From positions 401-64,400 of the forward strand of contig JALSKD010000177.1 of NCBI GenBank assembly GCA_026989015.1: DNA of 64,000 nucleotides. Direction: 5' to 3'. This document shows positions 28,379 to 38,835 of the stretch, piece by piece (position 1 is the stretch's first letter; each line of letters begins with the position of its first letter). Made by a program: the position numbers and the translations under genes. The stretch comes from Gammaproteobacteria bacterium. Lineage in GTDB: Bacteria > Pseudomonadota > Gammaproteobacteria > GCA-001735895. The notes beneath the pieces were generated by a model. That model saw only the letters and a program-made list of their open reading frames with translations. It was not told the DNA's origin and made no database searches.

Positions 28379-29329
28379 ATGAAGTACCTATGGAGATACT
28401 GCCGAGTCCACCTTCTTCTGATCGTCCTGATCGGTATGACGGGCGCTGTGGGCGCCGCCGATACGCCGCAGGAACCCGTGCCGTCAATGCGCAGCCTGTG
28501 GATCATCTCCAGCAGCAACAACCGCTTCTTCCGGCGCAGCATCCGGCGCATCGAAGAACGGATGGCCGCTCATGTCGACCGCATCGTCAAAATCCACAGT
28601 GACGAAATCGAACAGCGGCGCGACGACCTGGCCCAGGCCTCGCTGATCGTCACCCTCGGTGCACGCGCCATGCGCCAGATCAGCGCCATGGACCTGGATC
28701 GTCCCCTGCTCCACGCCTATCTGACCCGCTACCAGTACCTCTCCGACCCGCCGCTTCCGGGCAGCCACAGCCTGCTGCTCGACCAGCCACTGGAACGGCA
28801 CCTGCGCTTCAACCGGGAACTCACCGGCGCCCGCAACATCGGGCTGCTCAATGTGAAAATGACCGCCTGGGACACGGAACAGCTGCAGCAGCTCGCCCGG
28901 AGTGAGGGCGTCGAGGTGGAACAGAAACTGATCGACCCCGAACAAGGCAATCCGGTGGCCGAGGTGCGCAAGATCCTGCAGAACAACGACAACCTGCTGG
29001 CGCTTCCGGTGCCGGTTCTCTACAATCGGAAGACGCTCAAGGGTATCCTTCTGGCTGCCTACCGCCTGCGCAAGCCGGTACTGAGCTATTCTCCGGCCCA
29101 TGTGCGCGCAGGCGCACTCGGTGCCCTGTACGCCACCCCGGAACAGATCGGGGACCAGATCGCCGATGTCGCCCTGCCCTGGCTGCTGGGCCAGGCGCCA
29201 ACGACAGCCCATGAGCTGGCCCGCTATTTTGCCATCGACATCAACCGTCAGGTGGCAACGGCCCTCGGCATCCACCCCCCCTCGGCCGAACAACTGCAAC
29301 AGGCCATCGAGGACGCCATTCAGCCATGA
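28379..29329 (+). CDS. Periplasmic ABC-type substrate-binding-like protein (PF04392-like, sensor-associated)
   Basis: Signal peptide plus a periplasmic-binding-protein-like fold of about 290 aa. Its stop overlaps the start of the downstream hybrid histidine kinase (ATGA). Confidence 0.5.
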   Translation: MKYLWRYCRVHLLLIVLIGMTGAVGAADTPQEPVPSMRSLWIISSSNNRFFRRSIRRIEERMAAHVDRIVKIHSDEIEQRRDDLAQASLIVTLGARAMRQISAMDLDRPLLHAYLTRYQYLSDPPLPGSHSLLLDQPLERHLRFNRELTGARNIGLLNVKMTAWDTEQLQQLARSEGVEVEQKLIDPEQGNPVAEVRKILQNNDNLLALPVPVLYNRKTLKGILLAAYRLRKPVLSYSPAHVRAGALGALYATPEQIGDQIADVALPWLLGQAPTTAHELARYFAIDINRQVATALGIHPPSAEQLQQAIEDAIQP

Positions 29330-32052
29330 AGAAATCGCGCATCCGTTTTCAGATCCTGATCGCCGCCCTGATCCCGGTGCTGCTGGTCGATGCGCTGCTG
29401 ACCTCGGTGCTCGTCGAACGCAGCATCAATCAGGCCGAAGAGTTGTTGCGCAGCAAGGGCGAGTTGATGGCCCAGCAGATCGCAGGGGCCGCCGAATTCT
29501 ACCTCTACTCCGGCAACGCCGAGGCAATACGCCGCCTGCTCGAACAGAGCCTGAACAACGATGCGGTCACCTACCTATCGGTATACGACGGCCGTGGCCG
29601 GATCATCGCCGAAGCCCGTGGCGACGGCTACCGGCCCGATCGCATCGACGACTATTATTACTACCGCCACGACATCCGCAGCCAGAGTCTGGAACTGAAC
29701 GACATCTTCGAACCGGACGACAGCGGCGAACAGACTGCTACGACCATCGGCCGCGTGCACCTCTACCTTTCGAAACAGGGTCTCCGGACGCAGATCCGCC
29801 AAAGCATCCTGCAGGGGGCTCTGCTGTTCGTCCTGATGCTGCTGCTGGCCACGGTGATCGCCTGGCTGATCAGCCGCCACATCACCCGCCCGGTATTCAC
29901 CCTGCTGCAGCACATCCGTGAAGTGGAAGCCGGCAACCTCGGTCAGACCATCGAAGACATCGAGGACAACGAAATCGGCGATGTGCAGGAAGGCTTCAAC
30001 AGCATGTCCCAGGCCCTGCTGGCCAACCGCATGCAGCTCGACCAGAAGATCAAGAGCGCAACCCTGGAATTGATGAACGCGATCACCGACCTGGAATACA
30101 AGAACCGGGAACTGTCCAACGCCCGGGATCACGCCGAATACGCCAGCCAGGTAAAATCCCGCTTCCTGGCCAACATGAGTCACGAGATCCGCACCCCGAT
30201 CAACGGCATCCAGGGCTTCGTCGGCCTGCTCGAAAAAACCGCTCTGGACAACGACCAGAACCGCTACATCGGCATCATCAAGCAATCCACGCGCGACCTG
30301 CGCGCCATCGTCGACGAGATCCTCGATTTCTCCAAGATCGAATCGGGCAAGGTCGAGATCGCCGAAAACCCCTTCGACCTCTACGAACTGGTGGAATCGA
30401 CCCGCGACAGCCTGTTCTCCAACGCCCTCGAGAAAGGCATCGACCTGCACCTGATCGTCTACAGCGACACCCCGCGCCAGCTGGTTGGCGACAAGCTGAG
30501 GCTCAAGCAGATCCTGATCAACCTGCTCGGTAACGCAATCAAGTTCACCGACAAGGGCTTCGTCTCGCTGACCGTCTATATCGAAGACGAAAGCAGCAGC
30601 CAGATCATGCTTCGCTTCGTGGTCGAGGACAGCGGTATCGGCATCTCCAGCGAGGACCAGAGCCAGCTGTTCCAGGCCTTCACCCAGATCGAGTCCGACA
30701 GCAACCGCCGCTATTCGGGGACCGGCCTCGGACTGGTCATCTCCAAGAACCTGGCAGCGCTTATGGGCGGTGACATTCTGCTCGAGAGCCGCGAAGGCGA
30801 AGGCTCCACCTTCACCCTGATCCTGCCCTTCAAGCCCTTCTATTCGGTGGAGCAGGACAGCGGGCTGAAGGCCGAGCGCAACGCCATGATCTACGCCTTC
30901 AGCGAGCGCGCCCTGCACGAACTTCAGACCCTCTACAACCGAATCGGATTCCTCACCGAAACCGAGCAGCTGGGTCCGGACGAAGACGCCGACACCCTGC
31001 GCCAGCAGCTGATGCAGAACCTGCCCTATCTCGATCTGGTGGTCTTCGACCTGCGCCACCACAGCCTGGAACCCGACGCGCTGATGGATGCCGCCGTGTG
31101 CCAGCAGTGCCGCTGTATCATCATGCACTACGACATCAGCCTGGTGGACAACGCCCTGCTCAACCGCTTCGAATTCATCGCGGTGATCAACACCAGCAGC
31201 CGCTTGGAGCAGATGCTTCTGAACACGGACGCCTCGGCAGCCACGGCCGGCGAGGCGCTCCCGTCCGCGAATCCGGTCAGTGGTGCGCGGCGCATCCTGC
31301 TGGTCGACGACAACGCCATCAACCTGGCTCTGGGCAGTGAACTGGTGCGTCTGTGGGGGCATCAGTGCGTGGAGGCCGAAAATGCGGAACAGGCATTGCA
31401 GGCCTTCGAACAGCAGGAATTCGACATCATCCTGCTCGACATCCAGATGCCCGGCATCGACGGCATCGAGCTGATGAAGATGCTGCGCGAACGCGCGCCG
31501 GAGCTGAAGGCGCCGATCGTCGCCCTCACCGCCAATGTGCTCCCGGAACAGAAACAGAAACTGCTGGATCTGGGCTTCGACGGCTATCTGGGCAAGCCGC
31601 TGGACGAACACAAGCTGCGCCGCCTGCTGGAGCAGGAGGAGATGCCCGCCGATATCGGTCACAGGCCTTCAGGAGAGGTGGTGGGCGCTGGAGACGACCG
31701 GGTCATCGATCACCCTGGCACGCTGCGCCTGTCGGCCAACAATGAAAACCTGGCCCAGGATCTTTACCGACTGATGCGCAAGGAGATTCCCGAGCATGCC
31801 CACCTGCTCAGGCAACTGATTGCCGAAGATGCAGTGCATGAATGGGAGGACCGCAACCGCGAGATCGCCGCGATCATGCACAAGCTGCAGGGCGTCACCT
31901 GCTACGCGGCGCTGCCCCGGCTGCGCCGGCTGTTGCAGCAATGGACCTGGCAGCGGCAGCAAGGCGATGCCGCGGTCATCGACTTCACCGAGCAGGTCAT
32001 CGTCGAGCTGGAAGCCATCCGCGATGAACTGGACTCGGTGGGCGCGGCCTGA
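29326..32052 (+). CDS. Hybrid sensor histidine kinase / response regulator with C-terminal Hpt domain
   Basis: TM plus periplasmic region, HAMP, HisKA (…FLANMSHEIRTPINGIQGF…), HATPase_c (…GTGLGLVISKNLAALMGGDI…), REC (…RILLVDDNAINLALG…DIILLDIQMPGIDG…) and an Hpt-like C-terminus. Confidence 0.85.
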   Translation: MKKSRIRFQILIAALIPVLLVDALLTSVLVERSINQAEELLRSKGELMAQQIAGAAEFYLYSGNAEAIRRLLEQSLNNDAVTYLSVYDGRGRIIAEARGDGYRPDRIDDYYYYRHDIRSQSLELNDIFEPDDSGEQTATTIGRVHLYLSKQGLRTQIRQSILQGALLFVLMLLLATVIAWLISRHITRPVFTLLQHIREVEAGNLGQTIEDIEDNEIGDVQEGFNSMSQALLANRMQLDQKIKSATLELMNAITDLEYKNRELSNARDHAEYASQVKSRFLANMSHEIRTPINGIQGFVGLLEKTALDNDQNRYIGIIKQSTRDLRAIVDEILDFSKIESGKVEIAENPFDLYELVESTRDSLFSNALEKGIDLHLIVYSDTPRQLVGDKLRLKQILINLLGNAIKFTDKGFVSLTVYIEDESSSQIMLRFVVEDSGIGISSEDQSQLFQAFTQIESDSNRRYSGTGLGLVISKNLAALMGGDILLESREGEGSTFTLILPFKPFYSVEQDSGLKAERNAMIYAFSERALHELQTLYNRIGFLTETEQLGPDEDADTLRQQLMQNLPYLDLVVFDLRHHSLEPDALMDAAVCQQCRCIIMHYDISLVDNALLNRFEFIAVINTSSRLEQMLLNTDASAATAGEALPSANPVSGARRILLVDDNAINLALGSELVRLWGHQCVEAENAEQALQAFEQQEFDIILLDIQMPGIDGIELMKMLRERAPELKAPIVALTANVLPEQKQKLLDLGFDGYLGKPLDEHKLRRLLEQEEMPADIGHRPSGEVVGAGDDRVIDHPGTLRLSANNENLAQDLYRLMRKEIPEHAHLLRQLIAEDAVHEWEDRNREIAAIMHKLQGVTCYAALPRLRRLLQQWTWQRQQGDAAVIDFTEQVIVELEAIRDELDSVGAA

Positions 32053-32064
32053 ACGGTCAGGCGC

Positions 32065-32445
32065 CTAGCCTGTCTCCAGCACCACCATCGCCACCGCATA
32101 GTGTTTCTCATCGGACAGCGACAACAGGCTGTTGACGACACCCCGCTGCCGGAGCAAATCCGCCGCTCCCCGGTGGAAACGCAATTCCGGCTTGCCGTCG
32201 GCCGTATTGCTGACCTCGATATCGTGAAAGCCAATGCCTCGGGCGATGCCGGTGCCCAGCGCCTTGCTGGCCGCTTCCTTGGCCGCGAAGCGTGATGTCA
32301 GATAGCTCGCGCTGCGGTGACGCTGCAGATAGACGGCAAATTCCCGCTCGGTGAGGATACGCCGCGCGATGCGGTCTCCGAAGCGCTGCTGCAGGCGTTC
32401 GAAACGCGCGGTTTCGGCGATGTCCACCCCGATGCCGGCCAACAT
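32065..32445 (-). CDS. acpS: Holo-[acyl-carrier-protein] synthase
   Basis: [18 protein letters not shown]…FAAKEAASKALG… is canonical AcpS. Confidence 0.9.
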   Translation of the reverse strand: MLAGIGVDIAETARFERLQQRFGDRIARRILTEREFAVYLQRHRSASYLTSRFAAKEAASKALGTGIARGIGFHDIEVSNTADGKPELRFHRGAADLLRQRGVVNSLLSLSDEKHYAVAMVVLETG

Positions 32446-33191
32446 CAGACTGCCGTCAGGCCGCGCGCCTCGAGCATCAAGCGCTTCATTTCGCGCACCG
32501 ATGCCGCCAGTCCGCGAAACACCGCATCGGCGATGATCGCGTGGCCGATGTTCAGTTCCACCAGCAACGGATTGGCGGCGATGGCCTGCACATTGTGGTA
32601 GTTGAGTCCATGCCCCGCATTGACCTGCAGGCCGCGTTCATGGGCATAGGCAATGGCGTGTTCGATGCCTCGCAGCAAGGCCGGCTGATCGGCAGGCAGT
32701 GCATCGGCAAAGTGGCCGGTATGGATCTCCACCACCGGCGCGCCGCAGTCCACCGCGGCATCGATCTGCGCTTCATCGGCATCGATGAACAGCGACACCC
32801 GGCTGCCCACCGCGGCCAGTCGCTGACAGGCCTGCTGCACGCGCTCGAACTGTTCGACCACATCCAGCCCGCCTTCGGTGGTCAGTTCCTCGCGCTTTTC
32901 CGGTACCAGACAACAGTCCTCCGGCTGCAGCGCCTCGGCGAAGGCGATCATCGCGTCGGTGACCGCCATCTCCAGGTTGAGCTTGGTCTGCGTCATCTCC
33001 TTGAGCAGGCGTGCGTCGCGTTCCTGGATGTGACGTCGGTCCTCGCGCAGGTGGAAGGTGATCGAGTCGGCCCCGTGCTGTTCGGCGATCAGCGCGGCGG
33101 TCACCGGGTCCGGGTAGCGGGTGCCGCGCGCCTGGCGCAGGGTGGCCACATGGTCGATATTGACGCCCAGCAAGAGCGGGGGAACGGTCAT
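32445..33191 (-). CDS. pdxJ: Pyridoxine 5'-phosphate synthase
   Basis: [23 protein letters not shown]… is canonical PdxJ. Confidence 0.9.
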   Translation of the reverse strand: MTVPPLLLGVNIDHVATLRQARGTRYPDPVTAALIAEQHGADSITFHLREDRRHIQERDARLLKEMTQTKLNLEMAVTDAMIAFAEALQPEDCCLVPEKREELTTEGGLDVVEQFERVQQACQRLAAVGSRVSLFIDADEAQIDAAVDCGAPVVEIHTGHFADALPADQPALLRGIEHAIAYAHERGLQVNAGHGLNYHNVQAIAANPLLVELNIGHAIIADAVFRGLAASVREMKRLMLEARGLTAV

Positions 33192-33886
33192 CGGTCTCTT
33201 CTCGTCAGCTGCAGAAACAGTGAGCGTGATTGTAGCTCCCGCCCCGCCAGGTTGGAATCGATGATTTGCCGCAACGCGCGCCGCGCCAGGTCGCGGACTT
33301 CAGGTACCTCGAAATGACGCGCGGCCAGCGAACACCACAGACGGCCCGGCGCCGAGTCCGGTCGGGGTTCTGCGCAACGGCTCAGTCCACCCGCAGGATC
33401 CAGAACATAGTCGGCCTGAGGCGCCAGCTCGGCACCCGCGCGGTCACGGTCCAGTACGGGCATGAGACCAAGCACTTCGAGCAACTCGATCTCGAAACCG
33501 CGCAACGCGGTCTGCAGGTCATCCCTGCCGAACGAGAGCAACAGGTGCTGGTAGTGCGCGAACAGACCGGGCAAGGGGTCGAAACGGACCGTCAGCGCGA
33601 TCAGCAGTTCGTTGACATAGAACAACGGCAGGTAGCAGTCCGGCGGCAACGGAATGTGACGGCTTTCGATGGCGGACAGGGTTTTCAGCTCTCCCTGCCC
33701 GCGCCAGCCCACCGACAGGCGGCAGCCGGGCTGGAAGCTGCCGACATCCTTGCGCCTGCGCGCGCCCTTGGCGAGAACGCCGACCCGCCCGTGATCGGCG
33801 GTGAGCAGTTCGAGAATCAGGCTGCTGTTGCTGTAATCGCGGCGGTGCAGGATGAACGCCGGCTGGTCGTCCACCCGCGCGGTCAT
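33188..33886 (-). CDS. recO: DNA repair protein RecO
   Basis: [20 protein letters not shown]… RecO N-terminal OB fold, in the conserved position between era and pdxJ. Confidence 0.85.
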   Translation of the reverse strand: MTARVDDQPAFILHRRDYSNSSLILELLTADHGRVGVLAKGARRRKDVGSFQPGCRLSVGWRGQGELKTLSAIESRHIPLPPDCYLPLFYVNELLIALTVRFDPLPGLFAHYQHLLLSFGRDDLQTALRGFEIELLEVLGLMPVLDRDRAGAELAPQADYVLDPAGGLSRCAEPRPDSAPGRLWCSLAARHFEVPEVRDLARRALRQIIDSNLAGRELQSRSLFLQLTRRDR

Positions 33887-34773
33887 TGGTCCGTATAGCC
33901 GAAGGCCGTCAGTGACTGCTCGTCGTCGGACCAGCCTTCCCGCACCTTGACCCAGAGCTGGAGGAACACCTTTTGCCCGGCCAGCCGTTCGATGTCGGCC
34001 CGAGCTTCGCTGCCGATCTGCTTCAGCTGCTGCCCGCCCTTGCCGATGATGATGCCCTTTTGCGACTTGCGTTCGACCCAGATGGTGGCGGAGATGCGCA
34101 GCAGATCCTTGTCCTGCTGGTAGTGATCGACACTGACCGTGAGGGCATAGGGCAGTTCCTGGGTCAGGCGGCGAAACAGCTTCTCGCGCACGATCTCGGC
34201 GACGATGAAGCGCATCGGGCGGTCGGTGAGCTGGTCATCGGGAAACTGGGGCACGCCAATGGGCAGACGTTTCTCGATTTCTTCGACCAGATGATCGAGA
34301 TTGTCACGCTTCAATGCCGATACCGGAATGATCTCGCGGTCCGGCGCCAGTTCAGCCAGTTTCTGGATTACCGGCAAAAGCGCCTGCTTTGGCAGCGTAT
34401 CGATCTTGTTGAGGATCAGCAGCACCCGGTCATGGGCCGGCAGCCGCTCCAGAACCGCCCGGTCCTCATTGTCGATGCGACGCGGATCGAGCAGCACGCA
34501 GACCACATCCACATCGTCGATGACGCTGCTGGCGGCACGGTTCATGTAGCGGTTGATGGCTTTCTTCTGATCGCGGTGCAGCCCCGGCGTATCGACGAAA
34601 ATGCACTGGCAGTGCTCGGTCGTGCGGATCCCGAGGATCTGGTGCCGCGTGGTCTGCGGACGGGGCGCGGTGATCGACAGTTTTTCGCCGATCAGGGCAT
34701 TCATCAGGGTGGATTTGCCGGTGTTGGGCTTGCCGATCAGCGCAACAAACCCGCAGCGAAAGGCGTCAGTCAT
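33883..34773 (-). CDS. era: GTPase Era
   Basis: GFVALIGKPNTGKSTLMN (G1), DTPG, and a C-terminal KH domain. The start is at the internal ATG of the track ORF; 8-nt overlap with the rnc stop. Confidence 0.9.
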   Translation of the reverse strand: MTDAFRCGFVALIGKPNTGKSTLMNALIGEKLSITAPRPQTTRHQILGIRTTEHCQCIFVDTPGLHRDQKKAINRYMNRAASSVIDDVDVVCVLLDPRRIDNEDRAVLERLPAHDRVLLILNKIDTLPKQALLPVIQKLAELAPDREIIPVSALKRDNLDHLVEEIEKRLPIGVPQFPDDQLTDRPMRFIVAEIVREKLFRRLTQELPYALTVSVDHYQQDKDLLRISATIWVERKSQKGIIIGKGGQQLKQIGSEARADIERLAGQKVFLQLWVKVREGWSDDEQSLTAFGYTDQ

Positions 34774-35449
34774 GGGCTCCGGCGGTCTGCTTGAGGGCGA
34801 TCGAAGCCGCCATCTGCTCGGCACGCTTGCGGCTGTTGCCGGTGCCGGTGGTGACCAGGTTCAGGCCGGGGATGCGGCATTCCACGGTGAAGGTCTGGTC
34901 GTGGGATTTGCCTTCGGTCTTGACCACCTGGTAGACCGGCAGTGGCTGTTTCACGCTCTGCAGGTATTCCTGGAGACTGGTCTTGGGGTCTTTCAGGCTT
35001 TTCGGCTCCGGCAGGGTGACCAGGTAATCCTCGTAGAGGTAGTGGATGGTCTTGCGCACCTGGTCGAAGCCGCCATCGAGGTAGATGGCGCCGAAGATAG
35101 CTTCCATGGCATCGGAGAGGATGGAGGCACGGCGAAATCCGCCGCTCTTCAGCTCGCCACTGCCCAGTTGCAGGTATTCACCGAGGTTGATGTCGCGGGC
35201 CACGGTAGCCAGCGCCTCCTCCTTGACCAGACTGGCCCGGATCCGGCTCAGCTCGCCCTCGGTGGCCTGCTTCAGGCGCTTGAACAGATGTTCGGAGATG
35301 ACCAGCCCCAGCACGCTGTCGCCGAGAAACTCGAGGCGTTCGTTGTTGAGCGACTTGGAATAGCTGCGGTGGGTGATCGCCTTTTGCAGCAGACCCTCGT
35401 CCCGGAACTGATAGTTGAGAACGACCTGCAGTTTCTTCAGTGATGTCAC
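34766..35449 (-). CDS. rnc: Ribonuclease III
   Basis: …NERLEFLGDSVLGLVISEHLF… RNase III signature plus a dsRBD. Confidence 0.95.
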   Translation of the reverse strand: MTSLKKLQVVLNYQFRDEGLLQKAITHRSYSKSLNNERLEFLGDSVLGLVISEHLFKRLKQATEGELSRIRASLVKEEALATVARDINLGEYLQLGSGELKSGGFRRASILSDAMEAIFGAIYLDGGFDQVRKTIHYLYEDYLVTLPEPKSLKDPKTSLQEYLQSVKQPLPVYQVVKTEGKSHDQTFTVECRIPGLNLVTTGTGNSRKRAEQMAASIALKQTAGAHD

Positions 35450-35826
35450 TTGTTGATATCCACCGAATGGACGAAGTGAGCGCCGATGAACATGCGGTCA
35501 AAATACGGCTTGCGGGCTTCGTAATCCACGGTCATGGTGGTGACCCCGTCCTTGCGCACGAACTTGAAGTTTTCGCGCTTGAGGCCGTAGACGGAGTTGA
35601 TCCTGAGCTGGTTGGCCAGGGCAATCCAGAGATCCCGCTTGGAACGCGGGTCGATGGCGTTGCCTTCCTCGGCCCTGCGCTCGACCGCTGCCATCGCGTT
35701 CTTCACGTTCATGAAATCGAGGTAGAGCGGCAGGATCTTGAAACCGGTGACGACGATGAAGGCGAAGATGGAGATGACGATGATCCAGCCGAGGGTGGTC
35801 ATACCGTTTTGATGCTGATGGTTCAT
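35446..35826 (-). CDS. DUF4845-like small membrane protein (conserved lepB-rnc linker gene)
   Basis: 126 aa with one N-terminal TM. Its position between lepB and rnc is conserved in gammaproteobacteria (from memory). Confidence 0.6.
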   Translation of the reverse strand: MNHQHQNGMTTLGWIIVISIFAFIVVTGFKILPLYLDFMNVKNAMAAVERRAEEGNAIDPRSKRDLWIALANQLRINSVYGLKRENFKFVRKDGVTTMTVDYEARKPYFDRMFIGAHFVHSVDINK

Positions 35827-35868
35827 TGCGGGCAGCCCTGTCGTTGTCTGAGATGATTCACGCGGCCA

Positions 35869-36690
35869 TCATTCGCCGGGTGTGTAATCCGTCGGAAGTC
35901 CTCCGATACGGGACAAGTCTAGCCCACTGCCGCCATTGCGCCAATCCCAGTGCATCCAGATACCCACGGCCTTGCCGACCAGGTTCTTTTCCGGAACGAA
36001 TCCCCAATAGCGGCCATCGTTGCTGTGATCCCGGTTGTCGCCCATGACGAAATACTGCCCCTCGGGGACCACCAGCTCGCCATCGGCGCTGTAGGGCACC
36101 TTGGGATCGGTCATCATCAGATGGGTCACTTCATCGAGGGTTTCCCGGTAGACATCGGCGCCCTTCATGCTCTCCGGTCCACTGCCCTGCCCGGCGTACT
36201 TGCCGACATATTCCACCGGCAGCGGCTTGCCGTTGATGGTGAGCCGACGGTTGTAATACTGGATGCGGTCGCCCGGCAGACCGATCACACGCTTGATGAA
36301 GTCCAGCGACTCGTTCTCCGGGAAGCGGAACACCATCACATCGCCCCGCTTCGGCTTCTCGCCCTCGGTCAGTTTGGTATGCAGTACCGGCAAACGCAGG
36401 CCGTAGTCGTACTTGTTGACGAGAATGAAATCACCCACCAGCAGTGTCGGCATCATCGATCCGGAGGGGATGCGAAAGGGCTCGTAGAGGAAGGAGCGCA
36501 GCAACAGTACCACCAGCAGCACGGGGAAAAAGGATTTCGCGTATTCGACGATCACCGGTTCGCGGGACGCGACGCCGGTAGCGGCCTGTTGCTGCCGTTT
36601 GCGTGCGAAGAACAGACTGTCGATGGCCCACAACAGACCGCTGAACAGCACCGCCATCACCAGGAAAAATTCGAAGTCAAAATCGATCAT
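35869..36690 (-). CDS. lepB: Signal peptidase I
   Basis: …PSGSMMPTLLVGDFILVNK… (catalytic Ser), …GDNRDHSNDGRYWGFVP… (catalytic Lys box region). The start is the internal ATG at 36690. Confidence 0.9.
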   Translation of the reverse strand: MIDFDFEFFLVMAVLFSGLLWAIDSLFFARKRQQQAATGVASREPVIVEYAKSFFPVLLVVLLLRSFLYEPFRIPSGSMMPTLLVGDFILVNKYDYGLRLPVLHTKLTEGEKPKRGDVMVFRFPENESLDFIKRVIGLPGDRIQYYNRRLTINGKPLPVEYVGKYAGQGSGPESMKGADVYRETLDEVTHLMMTDPKVPYSADGELVVPEGQYFVMGDNRDHSNDGRYWGFVPEKNLVGKAVGIWMHWDWRNGGSGLDLSRIGGLPTDYTPGE

Positions 36691-36715
36691 TGAAAGGTCC
36701 TTGCCTGAAAAAGAA

Positions 36716-38515
36716 TCACTTGTTGTCCACTTGCAACACGGCGAGGAAGGCATCCTGAGGAATCTCCACCTTGCCCACCTGTTTCATGCGCTTCTTGCCC
36801 GCCTTTTGCTTTTCCAGCAGCTTCTTCTTGCGGGTGACATCGCCACCGTAGCACTTGGCGGTCACATTCTTGCGCAGCGCCTTCACATTGGTGCGCGCAA
36901 TGATGTTGGAGCCGATGGCGGCCTGTATCGCCACATCGAACATCTGTCGCGGAATCAGCTCCTTCATCTTGCTGGCCAGCTCGCGGCCACGGTATTCGGC
37001 ATTGTCGCGGTGCACGATGATGGACAACGCATCCACCCGCTCGCCATTGATGAGGATGTCCAGCTTGACCAGATTGGACGGCTCGAAGCGCAGAAACTCA
37101 TAATCGAAGGACGCATAGCCCCGGCTGACGCTTTTCAGCCGGTCGAAGAAGTCCAGCACCACCTCGGACAGCGGCAGCTCGTACTCCAGCTGCACCTGAC
37201 TGCCCATGTACTGCACCTGTTTCTGCACCCCGCGCTTCTCGATGCACAAGGTCATGATATTACCGATATAGGCTTCCGGGGTGAGGATGTTGGCACGGAT
37301 GATCGGCTCACGGATCTCCTGGATCTTGTTCACCGGAGGCAGTTCGGCCGGGTTGTGGATCTCGATCACCTCGCCGGCGGTGGTCTCCACCTGGTAGATG
37401 ACCGTCGGCGCGGTGGTGATCAGGTCCAGGTCGTATTCCCGCTCCAGCCGTTCCTGCACGATTTCCATATGCAGCATGCCCAGAAAACCGCAACGAAAAC
37501 CGAAGCCCAGCGCCTGGGAGGTCTCCGGTTCGAAGTGCAGCGCGGCGTCGTTGAGCTTGAGTTTCTTCAGTGCCTCGCGGAAATTCTCGTAGTCGTCGGA
37601 GCTGACCGGGAACAGCCCGGCGAATACCCGCGGCTGCACTTCCTTGAAGCCGGGCAACGGCTCGCTGGCCGGGTTCCGGCTCAGGGTGATGGTATCGCCC
37701 ACGCGGGCCGACTCGATATCCTTGATGCCCGAGATGATGTAGCCCACCTCTCCGCAGCCGAGCCGCTCGGTGTCATGGCGCTTGGGGGTGAACACGCCGA
37801 CCTTCTCCACCAGGTATTCCTGCCCCGACGACATCATCATGATCTTCTGCTTGGGCGCGATGCTGCCCTGCATCACCCGCACCAGGGTGATCACCCCGAC
37901 ATAACTGTCAAACCAGGAATCGATGATCAACGCCTGGGTCGGCGCTTCCGGGTCGCCTTCGGGCGGCGGAATCTTTTGCACCAGCTGTTCGAGCAGGTCG
38001 TCGATCCCCTGCCCGGTCTTGGCACTGACCTCGATGGCCTCGGAGGCATCGAGCCCGATGATGTCTTCGATCTCCTGCTTGACCCGTTCCGGGTCAGCCG
38101 CCGGCAGATCGATCTTGTTGAGCACCGGGATCACTTCCAGATCCATGTCGATGGCGGTATAGCAGTTGGCCACGCTCTGCGCCTCCACGCCCTGGGACGC
38201 ATCCACCACCAGCAGCGCGCCCTCGCAGGCGGCCAGCGAACGCGACACCTCGTAGGAGAAATCCACATGGCCCGGGGTGTCGATGAAATTGAGCTGGTAG
38301 GTCTCGCCATCGCGAGCGGTGTAGTGCAGCGATACCGATTGCGCCTTGATGGTGATGCCGCGTTCGCGTTCCAGATCCATCGAGTCCAGCACCTGCTCGT
38401 CCATCTCGCGCTCACTGAGCCCCCCGCAGACCTGGATGAAACGGTCGGCGATGGTGGACTTGCCATGATCGATGTGGGCGATGATGGAGAAGTTTCGGAT
38501 ATTCTGCATCCGCAT
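36716..38515 (-). CDS. lepA: Elongation factor 4 (LepA)
   Basis: [21 protein letters not shown]…DTPGHVDF… GTPase plus a LepA C-terminal domain. Confidence 0.95.
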   Translation of the reverse strand: MRMQNIRNFSIIAHIDHGKSTIADRFIQVCGGLSEREMDEQVLDSMDLERERGITIKAQSVSLHYTARDGETYQLNFIDTPGHVDFSYEVSRSLAACEGALLVVDASQGVEAQSVANCYTAIDMDLEVIPVLNKIDLPAADPERVKQEIEDIIGLDASEAIEVSAKTGQGIDDLLEQLVQKIPPPEGDPEAPTQALIIDSWFDSYVGVITLVRVMQGSIAPKQKIMMMSSGQEYLVEKVGVFTPKRHDTERLGCGEVGYIISGIKDIESARVGDTITLSRNPASEPLPGFKEVQPRVFAGLFPVSSDDYENFREALKKLKLNDAALHFEPETSQALGFGFRCGFLGMLHMEIVQERLEREYDLDLITTAPTVIYQVETTAGEVIEIHNPAELPPVNKIQEIREPIIRANILTPEAYIGNIMTLCIEKRGVQKQVQYMGSQVQLEYELPLSEVVLDFFDRLKSVSRGYASFDYEFLRFEPSNLVKLDILINGERVDALSIIVHRDNAEYRGRELASKMKELIPRQMFDVAIQAAIGSNIIARTNVKALRKNVTAKCYGGDVTRKKKLLEKQKAGKKRMKQVGKVEIPQDAFLAVLQVDNK

Positions 38516-38589
38516 GTCAGCGAGGCACCGGTAGGAAAAAGACAGCGAATTTTACGGGAAAGTGCGGCAAAGCGACAGCGGGGAAAGCC

Positions 38590-38835
38590 TCAATCTGCAG
38601 AGACGGCGGCCAGCGCAGCGCGCAGCGCCGTTTCGTCGAGGAAATAGTGGCAGATCTCCTGTTCACCCAGGCTCAGCACCGGCACCCGGCTGTCGAAACG
38701 GCGGACGAGGCCGACATCGCGATCGATGTCGACCTCGTCGGTCTCGAAACCCAGTTCGGGTTGCAGCCTCATCAACGCGCGACGGAAGTCATCGCACAGA
38801 TGACAGTTCTCGCGGTAGTACAGCGTCAGCCTCAC
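38590..38835 (-). CDS. Glutaredoxin-like small protein (CxxC)
   Basis: MRLTLYYRENCHLCDDFRR…; 81 aa with a thioredoxin-fold CHLC motif. Overlaps the mucD stop (ATGA). Confidence 0.65.
   Translation of the reverse strand: MRLTLYYRENCHLCDDFRRALMRLQPELGFETDEVDIDRDVGLVRRFDSRVPVLSLGEQEICHYFLDETALRAALAAVSAD

Noticed and set aside
29575-31662. 695-aa minus-strand ORF inside the hybrid histidine kinase gene.
   Set aside because: Antisense to a gene with an unmistakable HisKA/HATPase/REC domain order. Asp/Gly/Val/Ala-rich artefact.
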